Source: Mobula birostris (taxonomy: Eukaryota). From it: a stretch of 64,000 nucleotides of DNA. The stretch lies in contig NC_092379.1 of assembly GCF_030028105.1 (NCBI RefSeq), positions 26,777,821 to 26,841,820 on the forward strand. Direction: 5' to 3'. The notes beneath the pieces were generated by a model that did not search any database, was not told the DNA's origin, and saw nothing but the letters and a program-made list of their open reading frames with translations. The position numbers and the translations under genes are program-made. How positions within the stretch are numbered: position 1 is the stretch's first letter; each line of letters starts with the position of its first letter. This document shows positions 24,901 through 36,879 of this stretch, piece by piece.

Positions 24901-27000
24901 ATTTTAGGAAAGGTTGCATAAAGCTTGCAAAATAGCCAGGGAAAAAATAATTGGCTAAGGGGAAAATGAAAACTTGGTATGATAAGGAAGCTAAAATTAG
25001 GTCTGGAGATGAGGTGTTGGTACTTTTCCCGCTGAAACGGACTCTTAACAAGCTAAATTTCATGGTCCTTATGAGATTATATCTAAAGTTAATGATGTAG
25101 ACTATGTGATTAAGAACTCGAAGTCGTGAAGGGCAACACAGCTTTGTCATATAAATAAGATAAATCCTTATTATGAGAAACAGTCCGCTACTATGACTGT
25201 TGTGGTCAATAATACTGTGTCGGATCCCACTGGGAATTTAATGGATGATTCATCGGAAACTCATTTTCAACCCAACATTATTTCAGTCAGATTACCGAAC
25301 TCAACAAATCTGGAATATGTTGATGAGAAATTAGCTTATTTACAGCCAGACTAGAGGCAGTAGATGAAGCAGTTAATTTTTGAACACAGGGATTTATTTC
25401 CAGACGTTCCTATAAGAACCACAGTAGCTTTACCTGATATTGGAAAAACCAAAACCATAAAGCAACATCCATATCGGATAAACATGGAAAAACGTGAACT
25501 TGCTGAACAAGAAATTAAGTATATGTCAGAAAATAATATTATTAGACATTCTAATTCGAATTGGGTTTCACCTTGTGTCACTGTACCTAAGAGAGACGGT
25601 AGTATTCGGTTTTGTATTGATTACAGGAAGGTGAATGATGTAACACAAACAGAAGCGTATCCAATCCGTAGAGTGGATGATTGTGTGGACAAAGCTGGAC
25701 ACGCAAACTTCCTTACAAAGATTGATTTGTTAAAAGGTCATTGGTGTGTTCCATTGACGGATAGATGTAGAGAGATTTCTGCATTTGTAACCAGACCTCG
25801 GTTATATGAATATAATGTTCTTCCCTTTGGGATGAAGAATGCACCAGGTACTTTCCAGCGGATGATTAATTCTGTGATTCAAGGGTTAAAAGATACAGAT
25901 GTTATGTTGATAATTTAGTTACAGGATATGATACTTGGAAGCACGGAACACTGCGGTGGAGAACTTATTTGAATAGCTTTCAAAACTTAACTTAAGTATT
26001 AACTTATTTAAACGTGAATTTGGTTATGCCACTGTGACCTACGTTGATTACGTTGTGGGTCAAGGTAAATTAGCTCCTGTTCAGGCAAAAGTTCAGGCAA
26101 TTTTTAAGGTACCCACTCCATCTGTTAAAAGGTCTCTGAGAAGATTCTTGGGAATGGTAGGATATTACGGAAAAAAATGTAAGAGATTTGCTGACATTGA
26201 CTTTTCATTTACTAATTCCTTGAAGAAAAGTGAAAAGTTTGTCTGGACAGAACCCTGTCAGGAGGCTTTTGATAAATTGAAAACTTTGAAATGTCATCAA
26301 CCTGTACGTAGAACACCTGACTTTGAAAACCCATCCTCATTGCCTCTAGATGCTGGTGCTGAGGCAGCAGGAGCATTGTTATTCAAATGGATGATGGTAA
26401 TGACGTTTATCGTCCAGTAGTTTACTTTTCCATGACATTTAATGAGCACTAAAGAAATTATTCAGCCATAGAAAAATAATTATTATCTCTTGTTTTGGCT
26501 TGGCAACATTTTGATATGCATGTTGGTACAACTCAGAAACTACTCATAGTTTTCACCGATTATAATCTATTAGTGTTTTTGAGTTAGAGGGAAAAAAAAT
26601 ATAAGGTTACTGAATTGGAGTTTGATGTTACAAGAGTATAGAATTTGTATAACTCATATGAAAAGCAAAGATAACGTGATTGCTGACTGAATATGTAGAT
26701 GTTCAGTGTACAATGTTATTTTATGGAGTAGTATTTTAACATTTATAACACTCCGACTGTATATTAGTCTAAGTTGCTGTATGATAATACTCTGTATATT
26801 GGGTATTTTGTAGACTTTATGAATTCGCTTTTTTTTGTAAATAGTTGTTAAAATTTTGATCATAACAACAATTTTTTTAACTTTTTGTAGGAAGAACTTG
26901 CATACCTCGTGGGTATATTTTGACTGACTTATATCCATAATGTAATTGAGTATCTTGCGAGCATGTCGTAATTGTCTTGTGATGGTGGGGCGACGTAACT
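18925..27000 (+). mobile_element. Gmr1-like pol (IN-RT-RNase H order) interrupted by a nested element at 19017-24550
   Basis: Left flank reads KALIKYYAYFV*PTELQSDL. The right flank resumes as SYFMS...QGALEGFHSTLK (integrase core), followed by RT (25364-25918; RFCIDYRKVN, LPFGMKNAPGTFQR) and RNase H (26034-26700). Confidence 0.85.
19017..24550 (+). mobile_element. Gmr1-like gypsy element with two LTRs and internal deletions
   Basis: LTRs 19017-19945 and 23637-~24550 start TGTGACG. PBS-like TTGGGCTTGCGTCCGTGAT follows the 5' LTR; PPT GAGGAAGGGGAG precedes the 3' LTR. Decayed gag, integrase zinc-binding region (HGVRKT..RIRKEFYWP), then RT and RNase H remnants. Confidence 0.88.
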
Positions 27001-27389
27001 TTCCCGCCAGTGTGAGGTCACATGATGTAATTTTCCCGCCGGTGTAAGATCATGTGCGACATGTTCCAACAGGTATACAAAGGGAAAACCCTGTTGTCAC
27101 GCAGTTAGTAGTCAGTTCGTCAGTCAGTTCGTTAGCTATGCTGCGTCTTCATCTCCTGATGCAGTTTCGTTTTAAAGTGAAGTTTTACTTTCGATTTTAA
27201 CGTAAAAACGTTGCACCGGTAGTTTCGTCTATCACTGCCTGTGTTTGTATGTTTTACCTTTACTGTCTAGTATTGTAGAGTGAAGACCTTAACAATGGAC
27301 GGGAACCTGAAGGATTAAGAAATTTGATGTCGTAACGAAGTTTTGTAGAGTATCGACCTCATTGAATTTTCCTTCCTAAACAGTCCTGA

Positions 27390-27831
27390 AAATCCAGAAT
27401 GTACTACCTCAAGAGTCGTAAGCTGAAAGTATTGCCATGGCCCTCAGTCCCCCGACCTGAACAGCATCGAAAATGTGTGGATAGACCTCAAAAGAGCATG
27501 CATGTAAGACGGCTAAAATATCTCACAGAACTAGAAGGTTTTGGCAAGGAAGAATGGGCGAAAATCCCCCAAACAAGAATTCAAGGCCTCTCATCTGGCG
27601 CCAGAAAGCGCTTAGAGCCTGTGATACTTACCAAAGGGGTTGTTACTAATTATATCCATACAGGGTGTCCAATCTTTTGTTTCGGTCCCTTTTTCTTTTT
27701 TAGGTTATTTTGAAACTGTAAACTGTCATCTTTAACTGTATGCCTTAAGGAAATCAGGTCATATTTTACTCTTAGCTATTCCCAATAACAGAAATTTTGA
27801 CCGGGGCGCTCAAACTTTCGCCTGCTACTGT
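27390..27831 (+). mobile_element. Tc1/mariner 3' fragment
   Basis: LKVLPWPS...EEWAKIPQ...KRLEPVILTKG is a Tc1 transposase C-terminus. The end CTACTG-TA resembles a TIR plus TA target. Confidence 0.85.
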
Positions 27832-28099
27832 ATATTTAGCGTGTACTTTTCTCGGCTGATCCATAAAAAAAGAGAAACAAATCAACTCCAGCAAAGCACT
27901 TTTGCAGATGAAACATGTTACTTAATTAGCCTGTCCCTGATAAAATTATTTTATCATATTAAGCAAGATTGTTTTACTTTTATTTTTTTTTCGATTGTAG
28001 AAATACAGCCCCCAGTCAGGCCGAAACAACCCTTGAGCTCCGCCGCGCCTGCAACCACGGCAAAACTGATAATGTTAAGCTAATGACGGATCAATATAC

Positions 28100-28265
28100 A
28101 TATTATAGTTAACCTACCCCGTACATCTTTGGACTGTTAAAGAAACCTGTATATCCGGAGAAATCCCAGCTATTCCAAGGTGAAGACGTAAGGACTCTCT
28201 TTACAACACAGTACTAGAACTGAACTAAGAACTCCGAAATGACCCGAATTACAGTAGAGCTGGCC
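28100..28265. mobile_element. SINE remnant (V-SINE/HE1-like) inside the inverted duplication
   Basis: TTAACCTACCCCGTACATCTTTGG...CCGGAGAAATCC resembles a reversed V-SINE core. The paralogous copy is at about 56325-56495. Confidence 0.55.
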
Positions 28266-29409
28266 GAATCAGGAGCCTCAGTGGCGATTATGCCGATAGA
28301 CTGATAGAACGGAAGTGCTAGACAGGAAACAGAAACTTTATTAAAGGAGAGAGCGATCAAACAGACAGGAAAACACACGCTGTAGGGGTAGCGAGTCATT
28401 TTAGTGTCATATTGATAGGAAGCTTTCCAACAGAGAACGTCTATAGTGAGAAATTAATATGTGCAAAGACTGCCGGAGTAGCAGAAACAAAGGGGAAAAA
28501 AAAGAGAGAGATCACGGTGAGGATGGGAAGTGATAATGCAGTAATAGCACGCACAAGGACAAAGAGTACATAAGGCGTGAGAGAGAGAGCGAGCGGGGGG
28601 GGGGGGGGGTGGGTAGAAAGAGACAGCCTGTAACATACATTTAATTACATATCAAGGAAACAGAAAGAGACAATAGTACCTAGGGAGATATCGATGGCCA
28701 GAAGAAGGCAGGGACATGGAGCTAGAAAGATAACGAGAGTGATCGAAAAAGAAAGAGAGTAGAGATAAATAGTGAGATATACAGAGATACTGGCATAGAT
28801 AGGAACAGAGAGGGGTAGCAAGAGTGTTCGCAAGATGGAGAGAAAGTTAATGAGTAAGAGGTATAAAGTTCCACGAAATTCATGTTTGTGCTTCTTACAG
28901 CTAAATTGGCTGCGCTGCCCTGTGAGATTCTAATAAAATGGACAATATATGTACCGGAGGTTTCATGCCCTCCTGATTTCTCAAAGATTCCAGTGTATTT
29001 TTTTTTCAGCGAGCAGTGAGAAGCCTATCCACCGCAATAGGTTGGGTCAGTCACGTTGCGGCTAAATGGATGGTTGACAGATAGACAAACATTGAAATGC
29101 ACATTGTCAAAAAGTCATACTACATTCCTTTCAACATCCTGTGATATGTCCGAAATATCTGCTGCCAAATGTCCAATATTGTCCAGAATGTCTGGACAGT
29201 TCTTACTCTGAAACGTAGAAATGTCGAAGGTTTACATGTACATATTTCCTGGGCCCTTCTGTCACGATATCACACTCTACTTATTCTGTCAGGTAGGATC
29301 TAACGATTCCCTGTGAGTTGTTAAGGTCAATTAGCACTAAAACATCAAAGAGATAGCTAATTTAGGAATGGCACAATGTGAGCATACTCCCAAAGACACG
29401 CACCCACAG

Positions 29410-29482
<73 letters not shown>

Positions 29483-29490
29483 CGCGCGTG
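29410..29490. repeat. (CA)n microsatellite flanked by CG repeats
   Basis: About 32 CA units with GCGCGC-type flanks on both sides. Confidence 0.95.
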
Positions 29491-30472
29491 CTAATATAGA
29501 GACAGGCGCCGATGCAAAAAGAATGGTGGAGTATTGAAAGTGCGAAAGGATAGATACATAGTCAGGAATAGTCATATACTATAATACTGGACAATATTCT
29601 ATCTTACAGAATTGCTGTTCCTCAGTGACGTAGTCAATTTATTTTAACCGTGTTTGTACATTCGGATATGCGCTCTCTAACATATGTCTCACGAATAGAC
29701 TCCATCTGAGATTTGCCCTTAGAGTTATCGATGTTTTTCTGAAAGTCGGCAAAAAGTTCTCTGTAGAATTCCCACCGTAGGCCTTTTTGTCCTGTCGATC
29801 AACTGTACCATGGGAAAAAAAAAGAAGTCATTCCGAGAACTGCAGTCTATGTCGTCAGAAGGCTGTCTCGGTCCGGGAACCGAACAACGGAGAAAAGGAA
29901 ACTTAGTCACGTATTCAGAAGTTTCTCCTTTTCGTGAGGGGGTTGCTATCATGATTAAGCCAACGTTTAAATTATCAGATACGACGTTGATAAAGCTGCT
30001 TATATGCTCACTTCAGTCGAAAGCCATTTCTCCGATAATCAACATTTTTTTTTTTCACTTTTGCATTCTGTGCCTGTTTCTAACCAGTAAAACATCACTA
30101 CATAATGTTTGGCACCAGCACAATATTTCGTCGTCTTTCTGTTGTTTTCCACGCATAATTCCTTCTTTTTGTTTTTTTGTTTTTTTTTTGTACCGCTTAC
30201 AGTGTTTGTTTTACGAAACCGGAGCTGATATTTTTGCTTCGCTTGTTGTCTATATCGATGAATCCATGTCATGGAATGCCAAAGTTATCTATGCCTCAAT
30301 CCAGAGATGCATTCTACGCTGCCAATCATTTTTAGCAATGCTGCTACTTATTATTTTCCATTTTTCCTGCACTTCCAGCGGGGTGCGTTCCAGCGCTTTA
30401 CAGTCTTCCTGTCCGGCTATCTATCAGTCTCCCTTTCTCTCTCCCTCTCTCTATCTCTCACATACACACACT

Positions 30473-30613
30473 NNNNNNNNNNNNNNNNNNNNNNNNNNNN
30501 NNNNNNNNNNNNNNNNNNNNNNNNNNNNNNNNNNNNNNNNNNNNNNNNNNNNNNNNNNNNNNNNNNNNNNNNNNNNNNNNNNNNNNNNNNNNNNNNNNNN
30601 NNNNNNNNNNNNN
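30473..30613. other. Assembly gap (141 N)
   Basis: N run. Other gaps are at 31898-32025 and 52441-52592, all next to simple repeats. Confidence 1.
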
Positions 30614-30858
30614 GTATCCTTTATTCTCTCTGAATTTTCTTAAGTAAATCTGTTCTCTATTGCCCGGGTTGGACAGTCTTTCGTGTCCCTCGGTCAATGG
30701 CGGGTTTCTTGTGTCGTAAAAAGAGATTGTGACACTCTTTCCTTCAGGTACGTGGACCTTGAGGCATCTGGGGCAATAGGCGGAGCATCTATCAGGACTA
30801 GTTCCCACTGGTGCTTTTCATTTTCTGCTCATTATATCAAATGCACATCTACTTAAAC

Positions 30859-30930
30859 TGTGGAATCGGAAGTTTCTGACTTCCGGCGACAACTTGTTCA
30901 GGAGAAAATCACAACGCATCCTTTATGAAA
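30859..30930 (+). promoter_or_regulatory. Putative V1 promoter (RUNX-like site, paired ETS motifs, TATA-like element)
   Basis: TGTGG at 30859-30863, CGGAAGT at 30867-30873, ACTTCCGG at 30879-30886, CTTTATG about 10 nt before the ATG. Function is inferred from motif identity only. Confidence 0.4.
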
Positions 30931-30934
30931 AACG

Positions 30935-30980
30935 ATGTGGAGGATCGTCATCTACATTGTGTGTGGCGTCTCGGTAACTG
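30935..30980 (+). CDS. TCR V1 leader exon (MWRIVIYIVCGVSVT-)
   Basis: 46-nt phase-1 exon, GT donor at 30981, 95-nt intron to the AG at 31074-31075. Matches the V2 leader in length and position. Confidence 0.88.
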
Positions 30981-31075
30981 GTGTGTACGCAACAGAAAAC
31001 TCAAAAGCCTTCTCGAAACTCAATTCTCAAAATAAAAATATCATTTGATATCTTTACATTATTTTTTTTTTTTAG

Positions 31076-31382
31076 ATACGAGTCATGGAAACTCTGTCAC
31101 TCAGACAATGACACAAGCAGTGAAGACCGAAGATGAGGCTGTGACTTTCAGTTTCACATGTGATACTGCACGGGGCAGCTACGCTTTATATTGGTACCGA
31201 CAAAGACCAGACCAGAGTCTCGAATACATGTTGTACAAAACATCTAGTGGATCTGAATATAAAGCCGATTTTGCCAAAAATCGCTTCACTATCTATCTGG
31301 AAAAGGGAAGAAAAATATTTAGTGTCACCATCGCAAAGCTGCAAATGAGCGACTCTGCAGTTTATTATTGCGCCCTACGCCG
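31076..31382 (+). CDS. T-cell receptor variable segment V1 (TRAV/TRDV-like), open frame, first Cys displaced
   Basis: DTSHG-NSVTQTMTQAVKTEDEAVTFSFTCDTARGSYALYWYRQRPDQSLEYML...NRFTI...DSAVYYCALR, 307 nt, no stops, followed directly by an RSS. Confidence 0.95.
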
Positions 31383-31421
31383 CACAGTGAGATATTCTAG
31401 TTAAATCATCGGACACCAATT
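31383..31421 (+). other. 23-RSS of V1 (consensus heptamer, degenerate nonamer)
   Basis: CACAGTG 31383-31389, 23-nt spacer, ACACCAATT 31413-31421 (5/9 match to ACAAAAACC). Confidence 0.85.
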
Positions 31422-31757
31422 CGGTTACTGTAGAATGAATGCTTTCAGCGCTGCAGCTGGATATGTCCCTACACTGCTTTTCTGATTGCGGTTTTCCGCC
31501 ACCAAGACTCGCTGCTGAAGTTTTGCTCGCCTTCGTCTGTGAAGATTCCGTTCTTTTTCAACCGCACCGCTCTTTCCAACTTTCCAAAGTCGCAGTTAGA
31601 TGTGTTGCCTCTGCTATCTCATTTTTGTGTGTGTGTGAAATATACCTTAACATGGCAAGACAAATATCAGCAATGACATGCAAAGCAGAAGCAGTCATCA
31701 GTGTCTGTGTAGCTGTGCATGTGTGTTTCCGTTTGTGTGTGTGTATCAGCTTTAAGA

Positions 31758-31797
<40 letters not shown>

Positions 31798-32619
31798 GAA
31801 GATGATTATACTTATTTGGGAGTGTATGGAATCTAATTTGATGATTCTTTTCCAAGCAGAGCATCCATTGATACTTTGGTGCAGAGATAATTGTCAGNNN
31901 NNNNNNNNNNNNNNNNNNNNNNNNNNNNNNNNNNNNNNNNNNNNNNNNNNNNNNNNNNNNNNNNNNNNNNNNNNNNNNNNNNNNNNNNNNNNNNNNNNNN
32001 NNNNNNNNNNNNNNNNNNNNNNNNNTGTTCCATCCTTCTGTTGTCCTCTTTCTCTGTGTTCATCTCTATGTCCTCTCTCTATTGTCTGTGTGTCTCTCTC
32101 TCTTTTTTCTTTCTCTATCTGTTTCGCTTCTGTCTACCCCGCTATAAATTAATCTCTATCTCACTCCAGCACGCTCAGTATTTTCAGCCGCCAACCTCAC
32201 GTAACTCTCGTCGAAACACTGACGTTTTCTCTCTCGGTGTCTCTCCTTGCTGAGCTCCTGCCACGTGCTCCAAGGTGACGAATTATGGAGCCTCAGGATC
32301 TCGATCTCGAAGCTATCTCGCCCGCGTTCTGGTGGTTGTGCGTCAAATCGTTCTGGATCAGGGTGAATGGTTCCCTTCAATTACTGTCACTGGCCGTTTT
32401 CGGGCATCTTTCTGTATCTATGCCTTTGATGGCGTGTGGGCTAGGGCTAGTTATGTTTTCTAAAGTTTTGACTAACCAATTTAGAGTATGCATGCCCCCT
32501 GCGGTGTTGTTTGTGGGCCAGGCATTGTTGTGGCTATCATGATATTCTCTACTGCGGATCTGTAGATATTTGCTCTGTGCTGTCCCTCAGAGAGAGAGAG
32601 AGAGAAAAAAAAGCAGTAC

Positions 32620-33330
32620 TACGCTTCACGTTTGTGAGGATATGTTCCTGGACCATGAAACTTTGCGACGGATATGCAGCACGAAACTGAATCCTCTCCC
32701 ATTTTCCAAAGCAGTCAGGCACATGAACACAACGGTATGAGTAGTCCGTGTTGTCCTAAATTCAGTTGCCATCTCCTTTGCTTTGGTGACATTTATGACA
32801 GCATTAATTCGCGAGCACAAAGATGCATTCTTGGCATTGGCATCAAGTTTTTTCTTGGACAAACTTGACAATGTGACTGTTCTGGACATTGGCTGTGTGG
32901 TCGTTGATGAAGCGAGTATACAACAGTTGTGTCAGCACACAATTCTGGGTGGTACCTGTGTTGCACATGCTGCAGAGGGTGGATCACTTGAGCATCCTGT
33001 CCCTCTGTATCTGTTGATTAGGAAGTCCACAACAATTTTGTCCATTTTTGCAGTAGTATATTACAACGATGTGCAGGAGGTTTCTCAGTAATGTCTGTGG
33101 AACCATACTTTTGAATATCGAACTGAAATCTAGAAGCAGCATGCTGACACAAATGAACCTCTTTTCAGGATGTGTTGCACACCGGTGATGTTGGGTACAA
33201 TGGCATATGTCATAGAGCCTTGGAGTGATAAACCGTGTAAAACCACACAGTAACAAACTACCTCGGCTTTTTGACCTGCACTCGGACAAAGCACTCCGGG
33301 CGCCAGGGTCTACCTAGCTATCCACAATTC
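32620..33330 (+). mobile_element. hAT-like transposase remnant
   Basis: ORF 32783-33091 contains IGCVVVDEASI...GTCVAH, resembling the hAT VVTDNASN...C.AH motifs. Confidence 0.45.
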
Positions 33331-33439
33331 GTTTAGCTTTGAAAATGTCAGGACGCTGTATCTATTTCAGACCCAGTACTGTGCACACAGTGATATATTT
33401 CAGCAACAAATCCAGGGTGCAAACAAAATCGGCGTCAAA

Positions 33440-36400
33440 GTTCAGGCAGAGATCAAAACTTCCACAAAAATCCAAAAAAAGAAGAAGAGAATCGTGAAGC
33501 AAACAGAGTCGCTATTCAGACGGATAGAGTACAAAGACTAATGCTGGAATGGCTCAGTAAAATTCACTGGCCAATCTGACAAGAAACAGCTGATAACTTT
33601 GGACTAAAATACAGTGAGCAAGAACCAGAGAGGCAGATCATAGGTGGATCACAATGAGACAAAGTGGCAGCTAAACAGATAATTATGAGAAACAGCTGAG
33701 AGACAGAGTACTCAGTAATACAGCGGTCGGAGTAGAGCAGGAGCAGGGAAAGGAGTACGTGGGCCATGAAAACAAGTAAGAGCACATGTCAATACAAAAC
33801 CACAGAGTAAAGAACAGAGGGAAAACACATAAAACGACAAAGTTAAACTGGAGGTACTGACAGCACACCCCTCTACGAACGCATCGTGGCGCAACGGCGG
33901 GTAGAACTGCGTATTGACGATGAAAGTACCTAATGAGAGATGGATCCAGGATGTTATGGGCGGGGACCCAGCACCTCTATCAGGACCGTAAACCTCCCAG
34001 TCCACAAGCAACTGGAGGGCACGGCTCCGGCGACGAACGTTCAGCAGTTGACGAACCGTGAAGGCTTTTGACCCATCAATGAGCCCCGGAGGAGTGGCGG
34101 GTTTGGGGACACGTCACACGGGGTGCCTCATGAAAGGTTTGATCAGGACGCATGGAAGTTGGGATGAATGTGGCGGTACGTGGAGAGGTGCTTGAACTGG
34201 ACGGCAACCGGGCTGATGGCTTGAATCATGTAAAATGATCCAATGAAGCGGGGGGGGGGGGGGGGGGGGGGGGACGAGCTTGCGGAAATCCACTTTGCTG
34301 ACCGGTCTCGGGTTAAATGCCACACACTCTGCCCCTGGCGGGAACGTGGGTCCTTGGAGCGATGAGGGTTAACTTGATGCTTGATCCTATCAGAAGCACG
34401 GAGAAAGGCAGAGCGTGTGCGCCTCCACGTCCGCTGTTAACGGTAATGAGAGCTTCGGCAGATGGAGCACCATCCTCCTTCTCTTGGGCAGGAAACAGTG
34501 GAGGTTGGTAGCCAAGGCGACACTCGAAGAGGGACAGACCGGTATATGAGGACGGATGAGAGTTTCTGGCGAACTCGGCTCAAGGTAGCTGCTGACTCCA
34601 CGCAGAGGGGTTCTGCAAGACCAGATACCGCAATACTGTCTCTACCCGTTGGATGGCCCACTAGGTCTGGCCGTTGGTTGTGGGTGTAATCCTGAAGTCA
34701 ACTAGAAGAATACAAAATCCCTCAAGAACTTCGATGTAAATTGAGAGTCCCAGTCTGACATAACATCTACAGGTAAACCATGTAATTAAAAAAAATGCAG
34801 CACTAGATATTTATCTGAAACTTTTGCAGAGGGGAGTTTAGGTAAATGAATGCAATGTACAGATTTGGAGAAACGACCAACTGCTGTGAGAATTATGGTG
34901 TTACAATCTGATCTGGGAAGACCGGTGACATAATCCAGGGCAATATGGTTTCACGGTCGCTAGGGGATAGACACAGGTTGCGACAGACCGGTGGGTGACT
35001 GATTAACGTTCTTGCTTTGAGCACAGACCGAGCAGGCTGAGACGAATTTGAGGATGTCATCTCCAATGGAGGACCACCAGAACCGCCGGCTGCTGAAGGC
35101 CTAAGTATGTTTGGATCCAGGGTGACAGGATAAGAAGGAAGAATCACAAGGAAGAATCACCCCACTGCTATATCTGTGAGCGGACAGAGCTGGGAACATA
35201 AGCACTGTTAGTGGGACATTGACTAGGGTCTGCCTCGATATGTTGAGCAGCTTGCACAATGGATTCGATGTTCATTTGTACTGTACCCACAAGGCAGTGA
35301 GCAGGGGGAATGCCGTCGGGGACCGCATGTGTCTCAGAAGAGGGAAAACTCCTGGAGAGGACACCAAGTTTTCTATTCTTGGAACCGGGGCGGAAGGACA
35401 GAGTGACATTGAATCTTGAGAAAAAAAAAACAGGTACCAACGAGCATGACGGGAGTTGGGACGCTTAGCAGTACGGAAATATTCCAGATGATTGTGATCA
35501 GTCCAGACTAAAAATGGCATTTTGGCTCCCTCCAGCTAATGCATCCACTCCTCCAGAGCTAGCTTCACAGTCAGCATCTCCCGATTTCCGACATCATACT
35601 TCCGCTCCGTGGGGGTGACGCAGTGAGAGAAGAAAGCGTAGGGGTGTATCTGCTCATTCTTGGTCGGTAGATGAGACAGAACCGCACATTCGCCAATGTC
35701 AGACGCAAGCATGTCCTCAATGAACTGCCGGTCGCTGTCGGGTTGAATCAGGATGGGGCTGAGGTGAAACTTTCCTTCTGTACAGGAAATGTGTTCTTTT
35801 TTTTCAGCAGCAGGGGACCAGGAGAATCTCACAGCAGATGAGGTAAGAGCAGTGAGTGGTGCAGTCTGTGTATTGTTATTTCTGATGTGGCGGGGATAGA
35901 AGTTAGCAAAGGCAAAAAAGGTATTGTAACTCCAGACGAGTGGAAGTTTGTGGCCATTCGACCACCGCCTTGACGTTCTGTTCGTCGAAAACGCGCTGTA
36001 GAACTCTGCGGATGTTCGTTCTGTGTTCAACAAGGGACTTAAACAAAAAATAAGATGTTGTCGAGATACACAAAAAACAAATTGATTCAGTATGGCCCTG
36101 AGAACGTCATTTAATAGGGCTTGGTTAACGGCAGGGGCATTGGTGAGACGGAATATCATGACCATATAGTATTAAAAACCTAAGGCGGTTTTGAAAGCCG
36201 TCTGCCACTCGTCCCCTTCGCGGATGCGGACACGATGGTAGGCGTTACGAAGATCAAGCTCATTGAATACTGAGGATCCATACACCAGTTCGAATGCTGA
36301 GGTCATGAGCAAAAGAGGATAAGGGTTCTAACAGTGACTTCATTCAGTCTCGGGTATTCAATCTATGGACAGAAGGAGCCGTCCTTCTTTTCAACATATC

Positions 36401-36720
36401 AAAAAAACCAAAAACAAAAAAAAAAGGCATCAGCAGGGGAGGAAGACGGTCGGACGATCCCTGCAGCCAGTGACTTTTGTATGTACTTTCTAATGGTTTC
36501 TGTTTTATGTACGGAAAGGGAATACAGACGGTTCCTCGGGGTAGATGTGCAAGGCAGGAGGTCAATGGCGCAATCATATGGACGATCAAGCGATAGCGAA
36601 TTGGCCCGCGACTTGCTGAACACATACTTGGGCTCCATGTATTTAGGAGGATTATTAAGGTCCAGAAATTCCTCGATCTGATTTCGACTTGGTGACAAGG
36701 CAATCTGAGCATGACGGAGG
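33440..36720 (-). mobile_element. Tf1/sushi-type chromovirus, 5'-truncated and decayed
   Basis: RT (RPYDCAIDLLP, RLTNAPAV), RNase H (WTDHNHL), integrase ([11 protein letters not shown]), chromodomain (LVDWEVYGP), PPT, and a 3' LTR starting TGTCAG at 33862. The LTR's far end is approximate. Confidence 0.88.
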
Positions 36721-36879
36721 CAGTGTGCGTGACAGAATGGATTGCAGCCTATAATATTGCGACGGAGCCAGTCAATGTGTGGGTTGTGTTTAATTAACTA
36801 TGAATGTGCGAGGACAATGGGAGCTTGAAGAAAGTCAATAACATAAAGGATTAACTGTTCATGATGGTTGCCGGACAAA

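Larger units (their letters stand above)
27835..31897 (+). repeat. Inverted paralogous V cassette, copy 1 (pairs with 53755-56750)
   Basis: Collinear reverse-complement similarity across upstream flank, SINE, CT tract, promoter, leader, V, RSS and downstream flank. About 29250-30200 is extra in this copy. Confidence 0.9.

Noticed and set aside
29810-30643. Long ORFs (277 aa here; 237 aa at 31439; several at 52-53.7 kb and 55.6 kb)
   Set aside because: They run through N gaps or CT/GA microsatellites and give low-complexity translations with no domain signal.
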